This document shows, in pieces, positions 1 through 9,399 of a stretch of 64,000 nucleotides of DNA. How positions within the stretch are numbered: the stretch's first letter is position 1; each line of letters opens with the position of its first letter. The notes under the pieces were generated by a model, which saw only the letters and a list, made by a program, of their open reading frames with translations, searched no databases and was not told the DNA's origin. The translations under genes were made by a program, and so were the position numbers. Source of the DNA: a virus; IMG/VR virus record IMGVR_UViG_3300032053_000008. One strand, given 5' to 3'.

Positions 1-1534
1 TGATATTGGTGAATTGTTCTCTTTGGCCTAAACTACCCCTTAAGTCAAGGCCAGATCTTTGTCCTTGGCCCAAGAATTGCTCTAGCTTTCCTCTTTGCGT
101 ATCCTTGTCAGACATTGATATTCGACGAAAAAACTCTTCGTTAGCTTGGTTACCTATACCTGTTTCCAGGCCACTTCTTAGCAAAACTGCTCCACCTCTA
201 GCTAGAGATCCCCTGTCAATACCCATACGGCTAGCCATAGCTAGTCCTGAACCAGCTTCATCTAGTCCAATACCCTGCCTTAGTAACAGATCTTCTATTC
301 CTCTGGCGTATCCGTGACCTTTTTCTATGTCCATTCGGCGCATAGTTGGGTTCATAATACTTCTAAGAGCGGCATTAGACGTGGCATTAAAGGCATCTAT
401 TTCTGATTCAGAAGCTTTTGTTGCTTTTTCTTTTAGATAGGTTTGATTTTTCTTGTGAGCTTGTTCTTCGGTAAGCATACCAAGATTTGACCCAATATTA
501 TTAAGTGTTACACCAATAACATTTGACAAACCTTCACCTAGACCCTTACCGGAACCCCAAGCACGACCTACATCACCAAATCCAGCCGAATCGCCCATTT
601 TATCAAATATATTTTTGTCATCTAAGGCACCGAATCTACCCATACCCCTAGATTGCATGTAATATTGACCCATATTACCTTGCATAGCATCACTGTACAT
701 ACTTTTATTTGATCTATAGTAGCTCTGCTCAGCTAGTTCATCTGCCGATCCAACGTAGTCTGCAGCTCTTTTTACGCCGTACCCAACTGCACCAGCCATA
801 CTTACATATCTCATTAATGCCATCATAGCTGCAGGGCTAGCTCCGGCACCCATCATGCTACCCAATATTCCGGTAGCTGGTCCTTGAGGTCCCTGTGGGC
901 CACCTGGGCCACCAAGAGCTGCTGCAGGGTCGCCATGTATGGCATTAGCTACGGTTGTGCCGATAGGCTGGTGCATCATTTGCACCATTCTAGCTTGACC
1001 ATAAAGATATTGATTTCTGGTCATCTCCTGTTGGCTAGCATTCATAAACCCTCTAGCGTCACCTAACTGGCTACGCAAATTTGGGTTACTAGGGTCACTA
1101 GCTAAAGATGTTTCTAGGTCTTTAATTTGGCTTTTAAATTCACCAATATTTAGGGCACTTGCGGCTAAACTTTTCTTTAGATTGTCTACTTGGAGACCAA
1201 GTACCGAAAAGATGCCACCTTTTTGTTCTGCAGCGGAAGCATTAAGCTCACTACGGAACTTGGAAAAAGTGGACATAAAAGAATGAAGTCCACCTTGAGT
1301 TTGGTTTAGTTGCTGGAGGGCTCCGGTAACATCTTTGATAGTCTTAGCTTGTTCTTTAAAGTAATTTAGGCTTTCGTCTTGGCGACCAGCGCCCTGAGGC
1401 TTAGTGATACCTTGCTGAGCTTTTGCCAGTCTTTCGGCAGCGGCAGCGTTTTCATTGAGCAATTTTTGTTGTTGCTCTAAGGCTTTGCTTATTTGTTCAA
1501 AACCGCTCGTGTTTGCTTCAAACGAGATTTTCAT
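1..1534 (-). CDS. Probable tape measure protein, N-terminal part (runs off the left edge)
   Basis: Not in the ORF track because it has no stop in the window. Own translation from ATG 1534 gives MKISFEANTSGFEQISKALEQQQKLLNENAAAAERLAKAQQG..., Ala/Gln/Gly-rich and helical; the same frame is open at the left edge (middle only spot-checked). It follows the two tail-chaperone-like genes. Confidence 0.7.
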   Translation of the reverse strand, partial: MKISFEANTSGFEQISKALEQQQKLLNENAAAAERLAKAQQGITKPQGAGRQDESLNYFKEQAKTIKDVTGALQQLNQTQGGLHSFMSTFSKFRSELNASAAEQKGGIFSVLGLQVDNLKKSLAASALNIGEFKSQIKDLETSLASDPSNPNLRSQLGDARGFMNASQQEMTRNQYLYGQARMVQMMHQPIGTTVANAIHGDPAAALGGPGGPQGPQGPATGILGSMMGAGASPAAMMALMRYVSMAGAVGYGVKRAADYVGSADELAEQSYYRSNKSMYSDAMQGNMGQYYMQSRGMGRFGALDDKNIFDKMGDSAGFGDVGRAWGSGKGLGEGLSNVIGVTLNNIGSNLGMLTEEQAHKKNQTYLKEKATKASESEIDAFNATSNAALRSIMNPTMRRMDIEKGHGYARGIEDLLLRQGIGLDEAGSGLAMASRMGIDRGSLARGGAVLLRSGLETGIGNQANEEFFRRISMSDKDTQRGKLEQFLGQGQRSGLDLRGSLGQREQFTNI

Positions 1535-1556
1535 CTAACTTACCGATTTTATTAGG

Positions 1557-2024
1557 TTATTCACCAGACAAACTAAACTCTACTTCATCATCAAGATTAG
1601 GTGGAATTGCTTCAAACTCTTGTTTTGATTCGACTTTTTTGGCTTTTTCCTTGGCTTCTTTTTCCTCTTTAAGGATCTGTTGCCGCAACTCTTCCGCGTA
1701 GGTATCGTCTTCATTGTCTCTTTGGTCTACATGATCCTTAACTTTATCGTCCATTAAGCACAATATATTTTCACGGACCTTTAGCCAGTCTTCCCTCTTA
1801 GCGGCACTGTCTGGGTCTTGACCTTTGTCATATAAGGTCTTTAAAGTGTGTTCAAAGTAGTGGCGAATGACGTAGTCTTCAGGCAGATTCATTTCTACGT
1901 CATACAAAGGAGTAAAAAAAGTAGTGGAATACCACCTACATATACGGCGGTATTCATGTTCCCAGTCCATACTTTCTGTGGCAGCTAGTGCCAAGATTTG
2001 CATAGCTGCTAGGTCTAGAGTCAT
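1557..2024 (-). CDS. Tail assembly chaperone-like protein (downstream partner)
   Basis: Lies directly upstream of the tape measure gene; ATGA overlap with 2021..2401; acidic C-terminus. Confidence 0.5.
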   Translation of the reverse strand: MTLDLAAMQILALAATESMDWEHEYRRICRWYSTTFFTPLYDVEMNLPEDYVIRHYFEHTLKTLYDKGQDPDSAAKREDWLKVRENILCLMDDKVKDHVDQRDNEDDTYAEELRQQILKEEKEAKEKAKKVESKQEFEAIPPNLDDEVEFSLSGE

Positions 2025-2401
2025 TTGGCTAGTGTCTCTAAAGCTTTTTTAGCTTGTTCACGCAGTTTAGTGTTTTGTTCTTCGATTTTGGTGAGGATCT
2101 CATTATATAGCATATACAAAAGGTTATCGTCACCTTCAGGCAGGTCTAGCCCGTTGCTACTATCAGACCAAAACTTAGGAGCTTTTTCGATACGCACAGC
2201 CAATTGTCCAATAATAAAGGCATCGGTTTGCAGCTTAGGGGCTGGCTCGTTATTAAGTGGACTTGGTCCAAGGACCTCCCGGCGAATGGCATCTGCCCGG
2301 AATTGCTCTTTTTTAGTTAGTTGCAGCTTGACGGTAAAGTCGCCCATATATGGGGTACCGGTTGCTTCGCCTGTAGTATTGATAGATATAACTTCTTGCA
2401 T
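2021..2401 (-). CDS. Tail assembly chaperone-like protein
   Basis: 126 aa; GGGAG RBS; QLAVRIEKAPKFW resembles pre-tape-measure chaperones of large myoviruses; position. Confidence 0.55.
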   Translation of the reverse strand: MQEVISINTTGEATGTPYMGDFTVKLQLTKKEQFRADAIRREVLGPSPLNNEPAPKLQTDAFIIGQLAVRIEKAPKFWSDSSNGLDLPEGDDNLLYMLYNEILTKIEEQNTKLREQAKKALETLAK

Positions 2402-2424
2402 AACGTCTCCCGATTTGGTAAGGT
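2396..2424 (+). promoter_or_regulatory. Possible sigma-70 promoter for 2448..2843
   Basis: TTGCAT-N17-TAAGGT with TGn extension; moderate consensus match only. Confidence 0.3.
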
Positions 2425-2447
2425 TAGATTAACTTTTTGGGTGAGGT

Positions 2448-2843
2448 TTGTCAATGAAACAAATACTGCTAACTGAACATGACAGTTTTGTCATTAAAGG
2501 CAATAAAATCCATTTGATAGTTACCGAAGAAAACGGACTTCAGCTTGATAAAATGGGTATTCCAAGCTATTTAGCGGAACCATCAATTAAATATATCAAT
2601 GGAGAAGATGCTATAAATGACATTAAATGGACTATATCTGACAATTTAGCGGAAAAAGGTTTTGTGCTGTTGAACACTAGCACAGAAGGGTTATATTTGA
2701 AAATGATTTACTATAACCTAGCTAACGGCATAGCTAGGTTAAAAAATGGCGAGACTTTGTTAGTGGGTGAGATTATTGAGCCGATCCGTTTGATTGGGGT
2801 TCAGCCACATCACGCTGAGGCGTATCGGAAGCTTGGACGCTAG
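2448..2843 (+). CDS. Hypothetical protein
   Basis: 131-aa ORF with GGTGAGG RBS-like sequence; no motif recognised. Confidence 0.55.
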   Translation: MSMKQILLTEHDSFVIKGNKIHLIVTEENGLQLDKMGIPSYLAEPSIKYINGEDAINDIKWTISDNLAEKGFVLLNTSTEGLYLKMIYYNLANGIARLKNGETLLVGEIIEPIRLIGVQPHHAEAYRKLGR

Positions 2844-3168
2844 GTTCACTTGAATCAAGTTCAATACTTTTGTTATCTAGATCAATCTTAGCTTTGTCTA
2901 GACTGCGGAACATGTACAAAATAGTCGCTATAGCCCAACACATAGCAGTAGTAATGGTAGCCGTCAGCTGATTGTCATGTTGGTGCAAAGACCACAAACT
3001 AGCTAGAGTGGCCAAAAAGAACCCATAAGCAAAAGTGGTAGTTACGCTAGGGCGGCCAGCTTTTGGGTCAAATATCATAGGCGCTTTAATATCATGGAGC
3101 AAAGTCAGCATGTCAAACAGTTTAGACTGGACAGAAGTTAATAGGGACACTAAAACCTTAGGTAACAT
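2773..3168 (-). CDS. Two-TM membrane protein (holin-like)
   Basis: Two hydrophobic segments (FAYGFFLATLASLW; TITTAMCWAIATILYMF), charged C-terminus, GGAG RBS. Confidence 0.5.
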   Translation of the reverse strand: MLPKVLVSLLTSVQSKLFDMLTLLHDIKAPMIFDPKAGRPSVTTTFAYGFFLATLASLWSLHQHDNQLTATITTAMCWAIATILYMFRSLDKAKIDLDNKSIELDSSEPSVQASDTPQRDVAEPQSNGSAQ

Positions 3169-3324
3169 TTCTTACTCCGAAGCTACGTATGTGTCAAAAG
3201 TCCCTGGAGGGGTTTTGTATAGGGTGGATTGGTTTGTTATTGATATTGCCGGACAATATCTTGATAGCGGCAAAACAGTGACATTTGCACCAAAATCTAC
3301 AAGTAAAATTAGGGAGTTTCAGGT

Positions 3325-3513
3325 ATGACCAAGGATAACTTAATCAAATTGGGCAGTTATAAAAAAGAAGTCCATGAAAAAGAAGAGATCTTACGTTGGC
3401 AAAAAGAACAAAAAACAGCCCAACGTTGGAGATTTGCTGGTGTTTGTATAATGTTTGTCAGCGCTATTGGTGTTACCGTGTCTTTAAGTCTGTTATTTTC
3501 TAAATTGTTCTAA
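3325..3513 (+). CDS. Small membrane-anchored hypothetical protein
   Basis: AGGGAG RBS; C-terminal hydrophobic helix. Confidence 0.55.
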   Translation: MTKDNLIKLGSYKKEVHEKEEILRWQKEQKTAQRWRFAGVCIMFVSAIGVTVSLSLLFSKLF

Positions 3514-3537
3514 AGTTTTTCCAAAAATAGCCGATAA
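3511..3537 (+). promoter_or_regulatory. Sigma-28 (FliA/SigD-type) promoter
   Basis: TAAAGTTT-N11-GCCGATAA, an exact match to the sigma-28 consensus. Confidence 0.85.
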
Positions 3538-3739
3538 GAGTTTTAGAAGCGGTTGAAATATACGCGACACAAGATTTGGTAGCCATATGCGATAAAAGTA
3601 TTGAAATATACAAGAAAGAATACTCAGAGAAGTAAGCCCGTTGGTCTTAAATCAATAGGTGTTGCTGCCTTATTCAGCATTAACCCCGGCCCGAATCCGC
3701 CTTAACCAAATGAGGCTTGCAATTAGCAAAGGAGATAAT

Positions 3740-4438
3740 ATGCTAAAGTTTTTACCGGTTTTTTTGTTTTTGGTTGGATGTCTTGGCACTAATAAAATAA
3801 TTAACAATTATTCCACCTACCCTGCGTATTATAGTCAATATGATTCAGATTTCCGTAATATTGTTATGGATTTTGAAGTTGATGCAGCTATGCAAAACTC
3901 ACCAGCAGATATAAAAAATATCAAATTAATCAAAATGGTAGAGGGTGAAATAGTTGGTAATGATCCAAACAATCCATTACCTATAAACGTTATCGCTATT
4001 TGCCAAAGACAAAATAACAACACCAATAACTATATACATGTAGAAATTAGCTGGTGGTATGATGCTTCAGATTATCAGAGAAAACAGGTTTTGTATCATG
4101 AACTCGGGCACTGTAGCACGCTAAGTCTAGGTCACAATGATACCAAATTTAAATGGTCTTGCGGTATTGGGTATAGCATTATGAAATCTAGTGCTGTTCC
4201 TGGCATTATAATGGAAAAATGTTGGCCAAGTATGGTGCAAGAGCTTTTTGACCCTCAATACAAGGCCATAACCGACAACAATGATTGTAAAAATGATGTA
4301 TGTAGTGTAAAAAAACAAGAAGAACTGAGTCCAGGAGAATTGTTGTGGTGGGCTGTGGTTACTTATGGCTATGGGATCTTTATTATTGTAACTTTGATGT
4401 GGATTTTGGCGATGTTATTTGAAAAGGGAGACCGCTAA
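3740..4438 (+). CDS. Lipoprotein zinc metallopeptidase (metzincin-like) with C-terminal TM helix
   Basis: Start moved to ATG 3740 (AAAGGAG RBS). Lipobox LVG-C; HELGHCSTLSLGH zinc motif; SIM Met-turn; C-terminal hydrophobic helix. Confidence 0.75.
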   Translation: MLKFLPVFLFLVGCLGTNKIINNYSTYPAYYSQYDSDFRNIVMDFEVDAAMQNSPADIKNIKLIKMVEGEIVGNDPNNPLPINVIAICQRQNNNTNNYIHVEISWWYDASDYQRKQVLYHELGHCSTLSLGHNDTKFKWSCGIGYSIMKSSAVPGIIMEKCWPSMVQELFDPQYKAITDNNDCKNDVCSVKKQEELSPGELLWWAVVTYGYGIFIIVTLMWILAMLFEKGDR

Positions 4439-4789
4439 TTTAATGGCTGCTCCAAGGGCTCCAGGAGCCACTGTACCGATAGCTACGGTAAGTATAACTA
4501 ATGTGGCCCTGTGAACCCAAACCTCTTTGGTCCAGCGTTTTGATTGTTCTGCCACTGGTTTAAGTTTTTCGTCTATTGAACGAAAAAATGCTGTATCTTC
4601 TTGAACATGTTGATCTAAACGAAGCTGTACTTGGGGGAATTGTGTGTCAAATTTGGTACTTAGCTCAGCTTGACCTATTTCTACGCCACGAAGGCGGTCG
4701 TCTATTTTTTCCATTTTGGTGTCAACTTTATTAATAGCCGCCATCAAAGTGTCAAACTTTTGTTCATCCATGATTAGTCCCCCTACCAA
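4415..4789 (-). CDS. Coiled-coil membrane protein (XhlA/holin-like)
   Basis: N-terminal coiled coil plus C-terminal TM; start probably at the internal MDEQK. Confidence 0.5.
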   Translation of the reverse strand: MVGGLIMDEQKFDTLMAAINKVDTKMEKIDDRLRGVEIGQAELSTKFDTQFPQVQLRLDQHVQEDTAFFRSIDEKLKPVAEQSKRWTKEVWVHRATLVILTVAIGTVAPGALGAAIKLAVSLFK

Positions 4790-4796
4790 CTAAAAA

Positions 4797-5324
4797 TTAG
4801 GTTTTGGCTATGTAACCAGCTTTTTGAATATTGTTTTCTACCCATGAAGGTCCGCCCTGTTCAGCATAAGATAAATCGATATTTGGTAACAATCTACTTA
4901 CCTTAAGTACGTTTGCACAAAACTCGCTGCAAACCATAGTATCAGGTCCATCTCTAAGCGGGTTTTTTATGTTTTTACCTAAAAATCCCGCAAACTTAAC
5001 CAAAGCCATACCCAACAACTGTTTGTAGCCATATGGATTACCAGACACATTATTGATAAAGATTAAAACATTTTTGATGTCTTTATGGTCAAAAACATCA
5101 AAACAATATTCTTTGATTATGATATTTTTATGAATATTGACAAAGTTGTCTTTAGTTAGTGTATGGATGTTCCATTCAGCGGCCTGCAGAACAATATCTT
5201 GACCAGTTAAAGGGTGGATGTAACTAATATAGCAATGAGAATAAGGCCTTTGTTCGGCCCAACGCAAAAGTTTTGAAAAAAGTAAATTTCTTTTGCTAAA
5301 CCCAACCTTTAGTTGCATGTTCAT
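4797..5324 (-). CDS. Permuted papain-like NlpC/P60 enzyme (YiiX/YaeF-like)
   Basis: YSHC (His) ... PYG ... CSEF (Cys) in circularly permuted order. Confidence 0.75.
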   Translation of the reverse strand: MNMQLKVGFSKRNLLFSKLLRWAEQRPYSHCYISYIHPLTGQDIVLQAAEWNIHTLTKDNFVNIHKNIIIKEYCFDVFDHKDIKNVLIFINNVSGNPYGYKQLLGMALVKFAGFLGKNIKNPLRDGPDTMVCSEFCANVLKVSRLLPNIDLSYAEQGGPSWVENNIQKAGYIAKT

Positions 5325-5827
5325 GTCCTTGGCATTCCAAGATAGTCTTGGATTCGGTTTCTAAAAAAGGCTAATTTAGCTTCTGTGATAAGAGTACCAT
5401 CCGGAACAACTTTTGTTAATTCGTCTAAAGCTACATAAAGAGATCCGGTCGAAATAGCAGCCTGAACGCCAGCTGTAGCTACAACAATAGATTTAATTTG
5501 TTCAATATTGTATCCAGACAAAGTATTTTGAGCACCGTAGTCTGCAATAAGATCTCTACCAAAGTTCATGGCATTGATAATTTTATTTTTAACAGTGTTG
5601 ATCATTATAGTAGAGGTTTGCGCAGTTTGATATGCAGTATACCATGCATGATAAGTATCGCGATGAGTCGCAACATACGCAGAATATTCTGCTTGCGTCA
5701 TAGTAAGCCAACCTGACGCAGCGTTTTCGCCATCAGCCAGCGCTTTAACCTCACACGGCCACACGCCCGGAATATTATCGGGATTTTGGGACGGAGATAA
5801 TTCAGAATAAAGAAGAACTGCTAACAT
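5321..5827 (-). CDS. Hypothetical protein, possibly fibre-associated
   Basis: Follows the fibre genes in the same operon; no motif recognised. Confidence 0.55.
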   Translation of the reverse strand: MLAVLLYSELSPSQNPDNIPGVWPCEVKALADGENAASGWLTMTQAEYSAYVATHRDTYHAWYTAYQTAQTSTIMINTVKNKIINAMNFGRDLIADYGAQNTLSGYNIEQIKSIVVATAGVQAAISTGSLYVALDELTKVVPDGTLITEAKLAFFRNRIQDYLGMPRT

Positions 5828-5837
5828 ATTAATTTCC

Positions 5838-7334
5838 TTATCTTTCTTGTATCCACATACACCAGTCTAGGTTTACTAAACTTGAAGTGGTTGAGTTGCC
5901 GCCAATTTTGTTCACCTTAGCAACCGGTCTCATTACAGCGGCAGCTAATGGGATGTTTGTCGTAGAACTACCAATCAGCACATATCCAGAACCAGAGTCT
6001 ACATAAAAATCTACGTTTGTTCTTGTGGCGTTTACTTCAGCTCTAACTTTATACCAAGCGTTAATTGCTATAGCTATTGTTGAGTTAACGGTTGTAGAGG
6101 TTGATGCGTTTCTTGTAATACCTTGCCATTGACCGGCGTTGATTCCAGATGAATAAACAAAATAAACACCGTTAATAGGATCACCAATAGTTACGGTGTC
6201 TTGAATACCAAGCCGAACTTCGTAAGTAATAGCGCCAGTGGATAATACCGGAACTCTGACTCTCCACTCTATTGTGGTGGGGCCAGTCCCAAGAGAAATT
6301 TTATTTATGTTGTTAAATGCAGATATTGCTGCAGTACCCGTGTTGATATTGTTTGTACCTGTGGCAACTGTTATGATACCAATCGGATCACCAGAAGCGG
6401 CGGCGGCATTAATGGTAGTAGCGCCACCTGCGTTGACTGTAGATGCCCAATCAAAAGGGTTGCCGCCAGCTCCGATAGTTGCCCAATTAAAATCATCGAA
6501 ATTGTATTTAGGAAAGCTTAAGTCGCGCCACGCGCCGCCGCGATAAAAATCAAAACCAACACCATTAAACCTGATGTTTCCATTGGTTGTGTCGGTAGAG
6601 TTACCAGGACGAATAGCATCAGTGGTAGAAATTTGTCCAGATACTTGCAGTTTAGTTGAACCATCATCAATTGTGGTACCAATTAAAACACGGCCAGAGG
6701 CGTGAATTCTTAATCTTTCCGATTCTGCCAAAGAACCGATAGGAGTCGTATAAAGTGCAATATGAGTTCCCATTGCACTATTAGTAAAGGTTTCTGCAGC
6801 AATAAAAGCGATTGAACCAGTTTGATTTGCATTAAATTGCGATGTTCCATATCCAATTGCATCGAACTCAGCAAATACTTGACCGGAAGTAATGGCGGTT
6901 GGGGAACCAACTGTACCGTTGGCTTTTCTTACGGTAATAACTGAAGCATTAGCTCCATAGCCGTCTACAAAAGCGCCATTATCCCCGGCAGTAGTATTAG
7001 CTACCACACTTAATGGCCTTAATGGTGTGTTTGTGCCAATACCAAGTCGGCTGTTAGTTTGGTCCCAAAATAGGTTGGTATTATTTTGGCTTATTGCTCC
7101 GGTAGAATTACTAAAAAGCACAGAGCCAGTAGTAAAAGCGCTAGATTGACTTGCAGTTAAAGACCAGGCAGTGTCGGCTGCTCCAACCTTAAGATAAGAA
7201 AAACCAACACTACCACTATTAAAGAAAGCTCTAGAGCCAATAGGGGCAGATGTTCCTGCTGCAGCGCCAGGATCTGCATCTACTTCTAGTAGCAGTATCT
7301 GGTTAAGAGTAACTTGCCCAGTTATTAAAGCCAT
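5838..7334 (-). CDS. Fibre/adhesin-like virion protein
   Basis: Gly/Thr/Asn-rich; FWDQTNSRLGIGTNTP and ERLRIHASGRVLIGT fibre repeats; beta-rich C-terminal domain. Confidence 0.7.
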   Translation of the reverse strand: MALITGQVTLNQILLLEVDADPGAAAGTSAPIGSRAFFNSGSVGFSYLKVGAADTAWSLTASQSSAFTTGSVLFSNSTGAISQNNTNLFWDQTNSRLGIGTNTPLRPLSVVANTTAGDNGAFVDGYGANASVITVRKANGTVGSPTAITSGQVFAEFDAIGYGTSQFNANQTGSIAFIAAETFTNSAMGTHIALYTTPIGSLAESERLRIHASGRVLIGTTIDDGSTKLQVSGQISTTDAIRPGNSTDTTNGNIRFNGVGFDFYRGGAWRDLSFPKYNFDDFNWATIGAGGNPFDWASTVNAGGATTINAAAASGDPIGIITVATGTNNINTGTAAISAFNNINKISLGTGPTTIEWRVRVPVLSTGAITYEVRLGIQDTVTIGDPINGVYFVYSSGINAGQWQGITRNASTSTTVNSTIAIAINAWYKVRAEVNATRTNVDFYVDSGSGYVLIGSSTTNIPLAAAVMRPVAKVNKIGGNSTTSSLVNLDWCMWIQER

Positions 7335-7361
7335 GTAGAGCTTCCTTTAGTGTATCAATTA

Positions 7362-9389
7362 TTAACCATTAAGAACTTTAACGTGAGCAAACCAGGAATA
7401 GTTGTTTGAGGCTGCTCCAGTGGCTCGTATTCTAAAAGTTGTTCCAGAAACATCAATAATACAATTAGTTGCATTATTAGCCTCAGAAGTAAAGTCCGAC
7501 TGGAGATTAAAAAGACTAACTGTACCTCCAATATTACTTACACGAGCGGTTCTAACATAACTAGATGCGTCACCAGTAGTGCCGCCAGTACCGCCAGTTC
7601 TGCGACCAATTACGCGAGCTTCAACCACAAGAGTTGTGTCGGTTGGAACTGTGTAGGTATATACAGAAGTTACGGTAGCATCGGTTGTATTAACAGTACC
7701 TTGTGCTTCAAAGTAGTTAATACCAGTTACTGCAACTTGTTTGTATATAGATCCGGTACCTAGCAAAACATTACCCTGAACATGCAATGTTTCTGTTGGA
7801 GCATTGATGCCAACACCTAAGCGCTTATTGGTATTGTCCCAGAAAAAGTTGGTGTTGTCTTGAGCTGGTAGGCCAGTAGTAGCTGCACCAAAATAAACGG
7901 AACCTGCTGTAATTGCACCATTTTCTATGATAGTACCAGCACTTGAAATCATTACTCGGTTGTTATTAAGAGCAGTAGAAGAATTGGTACCTCCATTTGC
8001 AATCGGGAGTATACCTGTTACTTCAGATGTCAGCGAGACGTTACTGGTAGATAAAACACCAGAAGTGGCCTTTACTACGCCTGTGCCAGTAAACCAAGTA
8101 GAGGCACCTGTACCGCCAGACAACAAAGCTTGACCAGCAGTACCAACTGCTGACAGAGCAAGACCGGTCGCAGTAGAATAAACATTAGCACCAGCCGCTG
8201 CGGTTAAGGAAGCGTTTGTACCGCCGCGCGTCATGGCTAGTTGCGCTTCAGAAGACATTACACCAGTACCATCATTAATTAAAACGTGGTTGGCTGATCC
8301 AGAAGCAAGCTTTGATCGAGCGATGTTGGCAGCAGCTGCAACTTCAGTGTTAGTAATACCACCAGTAGCAACTTGGAGACCTGAAGCGCCTTTAGACAGA
8401 GTAGTCCCGGCTAAAAGGTGATCCAATTGATTACCTGTAAAAGTAAGGCCAGAGTTAGTGGCCAAAGATACAGCAAATTGAGTACCAGTAAGAGACAAGC
8501 CGTTACCAGCGGTATAAGTACCTGCACCAGCAAATTGAACAAAAACAATATTAGAAGTACCAACAGTAATTGGCGCTGGTGTGGTTTGAACCCAAGCTGT
8601 GTCACCGTTTACAGCTCCTTCGTCAACAAAAACTGCAGCCCCAATAAACTCAGCCGCCAAATCCATGTCAACCGCTCTGGTCCATGCACCAGCCGCAGCA
8701 ACATAAACACCATTATTCGATTGTGTTGTTTGGTTTTTAACCAAAACTCGATCACCAGAAATAACGGTAATCGTATCAATGGTTAACAAACCAGACAAAA
8801 CAGCTAAGTTGGCTGTAGTAGCAACACGAGCCGCTAATTTCCAAGCTAAACCTTGAGCAACTGCATCAACATATGCTTTGGTTGCTGCATCTTGAGCTGC
8901 CGTTGGGTCTGCCATGCTAGTAATTTTTTGGGAACCCATATTAACAGCAGAACTAAAGGTTTTAGATCCTCCAATAGTTTGAGTGCCTTGGCTAAGAATA
9001 AAGTCGGCAGAGGTTACAGCGTCTCCTGGGTTAGGAATATTATAAGTTATACCAGCAGAGCGAGTTGGTTGAGAGGCGACACTGACGTTAATGTTTTGAG
9101 TATTTTGAACATAAACATCATCAACGTTGTTTCCTGAAGCTGGATACAAAGCTAAAGATCCGGCAACACCAGAACTAACCGTACCAGATGAAGCCGTAGT
9201 GGACACAAGTTCCCAAGCCGTGTTACCTGCTCCAGTCTTAACGTAGATTTGTCCAACTGGTGTACCGGAATTATTAATGGTACCAAAAGAACCTATAACA
9301 GCAGCAAATCCACCACCTGTACGAGGATCAGAATCTAGAGACAGTATCGCTACCTCTCCAAGAGTTAAAAGATCAACTAAAACAGCCAT
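7362..9389 (-). CDS. Fibre/adhesin-like virion protein
   Basis: DPTAAQDAATKAYVD, GDRVLVKNQT..NGVY, YTAGNGLSLTG and LPIANGGT motifs typical of phage head/tail fibres. Confidence 0.75.
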   Translation of the reverse strand: MAVLVDLLTLGEVAILSLDSDPRTGGGFAAVIGSFGTINNSGTPVGQIYVKTGAGNTAWELVSTTASSGTVSSGVAGSLALYPASGNNVDDVYVQNTQNINVSVASQPTRSAGITYNIPNPGDAVTSADFILSQGTQTIGGSKTFSSAVNMGSQKITSMADPTAAQDAATKAYVDAVAQGLAWKLAARVATTANLAVLSGLLTIDTITVISGDRVLVKNQTTQSNNGVYVAAAGAWTRAVDMDLAAEFIGAAVFVDEGAVNGDTAWVQTTPAPITVGTSNIVFVQFAGAGTYTAGNGLSLTGTQFAVSLATNSGLTFTGNQLDHLLAGTTLSKGASGLQVATGGITNTEVAAAANIARSKLASGSANHVLINDGTGVMSSEAQLAMTRGGTNASLTAAAGANVYSTATGLALSAVGTAGQALLSGGTGASTWFTGTGVVKATSGVLSTSNVSLTSEVTGILPIANGGTNSSTALNNNRVMISSAGTIIENGAITAGSVYFGAATTGLPAQDNTNFFWDNTNKRLGVGINAPTETLHVQGNVLLGTGSIYKQVAVTGINYFEAQGTVNTTDATVTSVYTYTVPTDTTLVVEARVIGRRTGGTGGTTGDASSYVRTARVSNIGGTVSLFNLQSDFTSEANNATNCIIDVSGTTFRIRATGAASNNYSWFAHVKVLNG

Positions 9390-9399
9390 TTAATACCTC

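Noticed and set aside
3242-3260. GATATTG-N5-CAATATC inverted repeat
   Set aside because: Single short occurrence with no second copy found; cannot be told from chance.
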